Assembly: GCF_003334255.1 (NCBI RefSeq) | Contig: NZ_QOWU01000202.1 | DNA length: 655 nucleotides | Origin: Escherichia coli | GTDB taxonomy: Bacteria; Pseudomonadota; Gammaproteobacteria; Enterobacterales; Enterobacteriaceae | Direction: 5' to 3' (one strand) | Shown: piece after piece, positions 1 through 655 of the stretch | How the letters are laid out: every line of letters starts with the position of its first letter | Position numbering within the stretch: position 1 is the first letter of the stretch | Position numbers and translations under genes: made by a program | The notes under the pieces: generated by a model | Seen by the model: the letters and a program-made list of their open reading frames with translations, nothing else | Told to the model about the DNA's origin: nothing | Databases searched by the model: none

Positions 1-300
1 CGCCAGCGCGATGTTGCTGCGCTCGATGCAAAATACTCGAGGGAATTAGCCGATGCGAGAGCTGAAAATGAAACTCTGCGTGCTGATGTTGCTGCTGGTC
101 GTAAGCGCCTGCGGATCAACGCCACCTGCTCCGGTACCGTGCGTGAAGCCACCGGCACCTCCGGCATGGATAATGCAACCGGCCCCCGACTGGCAGACAC
201 CGCTGAACGGGATTATTTCACCCTCAGAGAGCGGTTGATGATGATGCAGAAGCAGCTGGAAGGGGCACAGGAATATATCCGCACTCAGTGCCTGAAATAA
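1..300 (+). CDS. Rz: i-spanin (Rz family, inner-membrane spanin subunit); 5' end lies outside the window; C-terminal 99 codons plus TAA
   Basis: Frame 1 is open from base 1 to TAA 298-300 (hand translation): RQRDVAALDAKYSRELADARAENETLRADVAAGRKRLRINATCSGTVREATGTSGMDNATGPRLADTAERDYFTLRERLMMMQKQLEGAQEYIRTQCLK*. From memory this is near-colinear with the C-terminal part of phage lambda Rz (...RQRDVAALDAKYTKELADAKAENDALRDDVAAGRRRLHIKAVCQSVREATTASGVDNAASPRLADTAERDYFTLRERLITMQKQLEGTQKYINEQCR). The match includes both periplasmic Cys residues (codons 127-129 and 289-291). It has no in-window start codon, so it is absent from the ORF track. Confidence 0.93.
   Translation, partial: RQRDVAALDAKYSRELADARAENETLRADVAAGRKRLRINATCSGTVREATGTSGMDNATGPRLADTAERDYFTLRERLMMMQKQLEGAQEYIRTQCLK
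39..43 (+). promoter_or_regulatory. Shine-Dalgarno-like GAGGG serving the internal Rz1 start
   Basis: GAGGG at 39-43 lies inside the Rz coding frame, with 9 nt of spacing to ATG 53. A weaker GAGAG at 57-61 lies 6 nt before the alternative ATG 68. This is motif-level evidence only. Confidence 0.4.
53..238 (+). CDS. Rz1: o-spanin (Rz1 family, outer-membrane lipoprotein), entirely embedded in the +1 frame of Rz
   Basis: ORF-track entry 53..238: MRELKMKLCVLMLLLVVSACGSTPPAPVPCVKPPAPPAWIMQPAPDWQTPLNGIISPSESG. It has a basic N-terminus, a hydrophobic core and a lipobox V-S-A-C with Cys20 at 110-112. The mature part is 42 residues with 12 prolines and a second Cys at residue 30 (140-142). The C-terminal AWIMQPAPDWQTPLNGIISPSESG is almost identical to lambda Rz1 as I recall it (AWIMQPPPDWQTPLNGIISPSERG). 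GAGGG lies 9 nt upstream of ATG 53. An in-frame ATG at 68 is an alternative start that would still give a workable signal peptide. Confidence 0.93.
   Translation: MRELKMKLCVLMLLLVVSACGSTPPAPVPCVKPPAPPAWIMQPAPDWQTPLNGIISPSESG
101..112 (+). other. Lipobox (V-S-A-C) / signal peptidase II cleavage and lipidation site of Rz1
   Basis: Codons 17-20 of the 53..238 ORF read GTC GTA AGC GCC TGC around this site, giving ...LLLVVSAC. This fits the [LVI][ASTVI][GAS]C lipobox pattern directly after a hydrophobic stretch. The position matches the lipidated Cys20 of lambda Rz1. Confidence 0.8.
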
Positions 301-527
301 GTTTTGCTGATGCGCCGTATCGTCGCAGTATTCCCGCATTAACAGAGACCTCAGCCAGACACTGGACCTCCTGCGCGAGTGTGTGGGGATAATCAAAAAC
401 GATGCACACCGGGCTTTCCACGTTTTCAGGTAACGTGAGCGTTTTCCCGCATGGCCGCCTGTCCGGTGCGGTGGTGGAAGAAACCGGATAAAACAACCAT
501 ATTGTGTAAATATCAATCAAACAAGAC

Positions 528-560
528 GCTGCTGTGTGAATTCTGAAAAATCACAGCGGT
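528..560. repeat. Imperfect inverted repeat / potential hairpin with TGTGA-N11-TCACA core
   Basis: GCTGCTGTGTGA (528-539), then attctgaaaaa, then TCACAGCGGT (551-560). The perfect 5-bp core is 535-539 paired with 551-555. Bulging T535 and G536 lets GCTG..TGA pair with TCACAGC (7 bp), plus C529-G559 and two G-U pairs. It sits about 40 nt upstream of the ATG at 602. Confidence 0.45.
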
Positions 561-601
561 CATTATGCGTCAGTTTTTAACAGAGGACGTCAGAAAGTGA
601 C

Positions 602-655
602 ATGGCAAAGCTGGACTGGAAAAAACTGGAGCAGGCATTCCGACGCGAACATGCC
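602..655 (+). CDS. 5' end of the next late-operon gene, 3' end outside the window; hypothetical, possibly a small terminase subunit
   Basis: ATG 602 is the first start after the in-frame TAA at 578-580, and the frame stays open to the window edge (18 codons: MAKLDWKKLEQAFRREHA). The slot directly after the lysis cassette is where lambdoid genomes begin the packaging and head module. The N-terminal D-W-x-x-L-x-x-x-F pattern reminds me of some HTH-type small terminases, but 18 residues cannot establish that. The ribosome-binding signal is weak: GAAAG at 593-597, or GAGGA at 583-587 with 14 nt of spacing. Confidence 0.5.
   Translation, partial: MAKLDWKKLEQAFRREHA

Noticed and set aside
419-446. 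Possible intrinsic terminator downstream of Rz (CACGTT-loop-AACGTG followed by GCGTTTTCC)
   Set aside because: The stem is only 6 bp with 3 G-C pairs. The T-run is 4 nt and separated from the stem by 4 nt. Lambdoid late transcription is antiterminated and normally reads through from the lysis genes into the packaging genes. The evidence is too weak to call.
421-446. 7-bp direct repeat CGTTTTC at 421-427 and 440-446
   Set aside because: It is a single short repeat pair with no further copies and no associated inverted ends or spacer regularity. That is not enough for an iteron, a CRISPR-like array or a transposon end.
439-461. Resemblance to the lambda cohesive-end region
   Set aside because: The reverse complement CAGGCGGCCATGCGGGAAAACGC loosely echoes the lambda left end GGGCGGCGACCTCGCGGGTTTTCGC as I recall it. 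The shared elements are GGCGGC, GCGGG and CGC. However, the match needs gaps, the central T-run is inverted to an A-run, and the orientation is opposite to the downstream gene. The downstream N-terminus also does not resemble Nu1. This is most likely a coincidence between short GC-rich strings.
447-488. Two interleaved short stems (CCGCA 447-451 with TGCGG 467-471; TCCGGT 462-467 with ACCGGA 483-488) with an H-type pseudoknot topology
   Set aside because: Stems of 5 and 6 bp in a stretch with more than 60% G+C are expected by chance. No translated frame crosses the region in a way that would give a frameshift-stimulating role. There is no covariation evidence available from a single sequence.
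46-516. 156-aa minus-strand ORF from the track
   Set aside because: It starts at TTG with no ribosome-binding site. Two thirds of it is antisense to the well-supported Rz and Rz1 coding region. The translation is rich in Arg, Cys and His and low in complexity (…RFLPPPHRTGGHAGKRSRYLKTWKARCAS…). This is typical of an open antisense frame in GC-rich coding DNA, not of a real protein.
224-520. 98-aa minus-strand ORF from the track as a bona fide gene
   Set aside because: It has a TTG start without a Shine-Dalgarno sequence, and no internal ATG. Its last 77 nt overlap the 3' end of Rz convergently. It is the codon-aligned antisense partner of + frame 2, an arrangement that commonly stays open by chance. 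It is not annotated as a feature, but the 301-491 finding keeps it as an alternative hypothesis.
451-546. 31-codon + strand ORF MAACPVRWWKKPDKTTILCKYQSNKTLLCEF
   Set aside because: It has no Shine-Dalgarno sequence. It straddles the GC-rich to AT-rich transition with poor codon usage in its second half, and its composition is unremarkable. It is indistinguishable from a random short ORF.
535-555. CRP-like site TGTGA...TCACA
   Set aside because: The half-sites match the CRP consensus, but the spacer is 11 nt rather than the required 6 (rarely 8). It is therefore not a credible CRP operator and is reported only as a generic inverted repeat.
1-655. Search for tRNA, rRNA, CRISPR repeats, IS ends or defence-system signatures
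   Set aside because: I saw no cloverleaf-compatible segment, no regularly spaced repeats and no terminal inverted repeats with target duplications. Beyond the spanins, there is no ORF long enough to carry a recognisable enzymatic domain.

Overview
This window spans the junction between the end of a lambdoid phage or prophage lysis cassette and the start of the next late-gene module, all on the + strand. Bases 1-300 in frame 1 encode the C-terminal 99 residues of an Rz-type i-spanin. This frame has no start codon inside the window, so the supplied ORF track omits it. A 61-codon Rz1-type o-spanin lipoprotein (53-238) is nested entirely inside it in the +1 frame, the classic embedded spanin architecture. 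About 300 bp without a convincing intact gene follows. The first part, 301-491, is GC-rich and coding-like (about 57% G+C by hand count over 301-480), but its reading frames are interrupted or lack starts. The second part, 481-601, is an AT-rich spacer (about 37% G+C) containing an imperfect inverted repeat and an 11-codon mini-ORF. An ATG at 602 then opens a new + strand gene (MAKLDWKKLEQAFRREHA...) that runs off the window; it may be a small terminase subunit. The two long minus-strand ORFs in the track are best explained as antisense shadows. I see no support for a novel multi-gene system in 655 bp. The only unexplained element is the orphan coding-like segment 301-491, which sits where lambda carries the bor moron.
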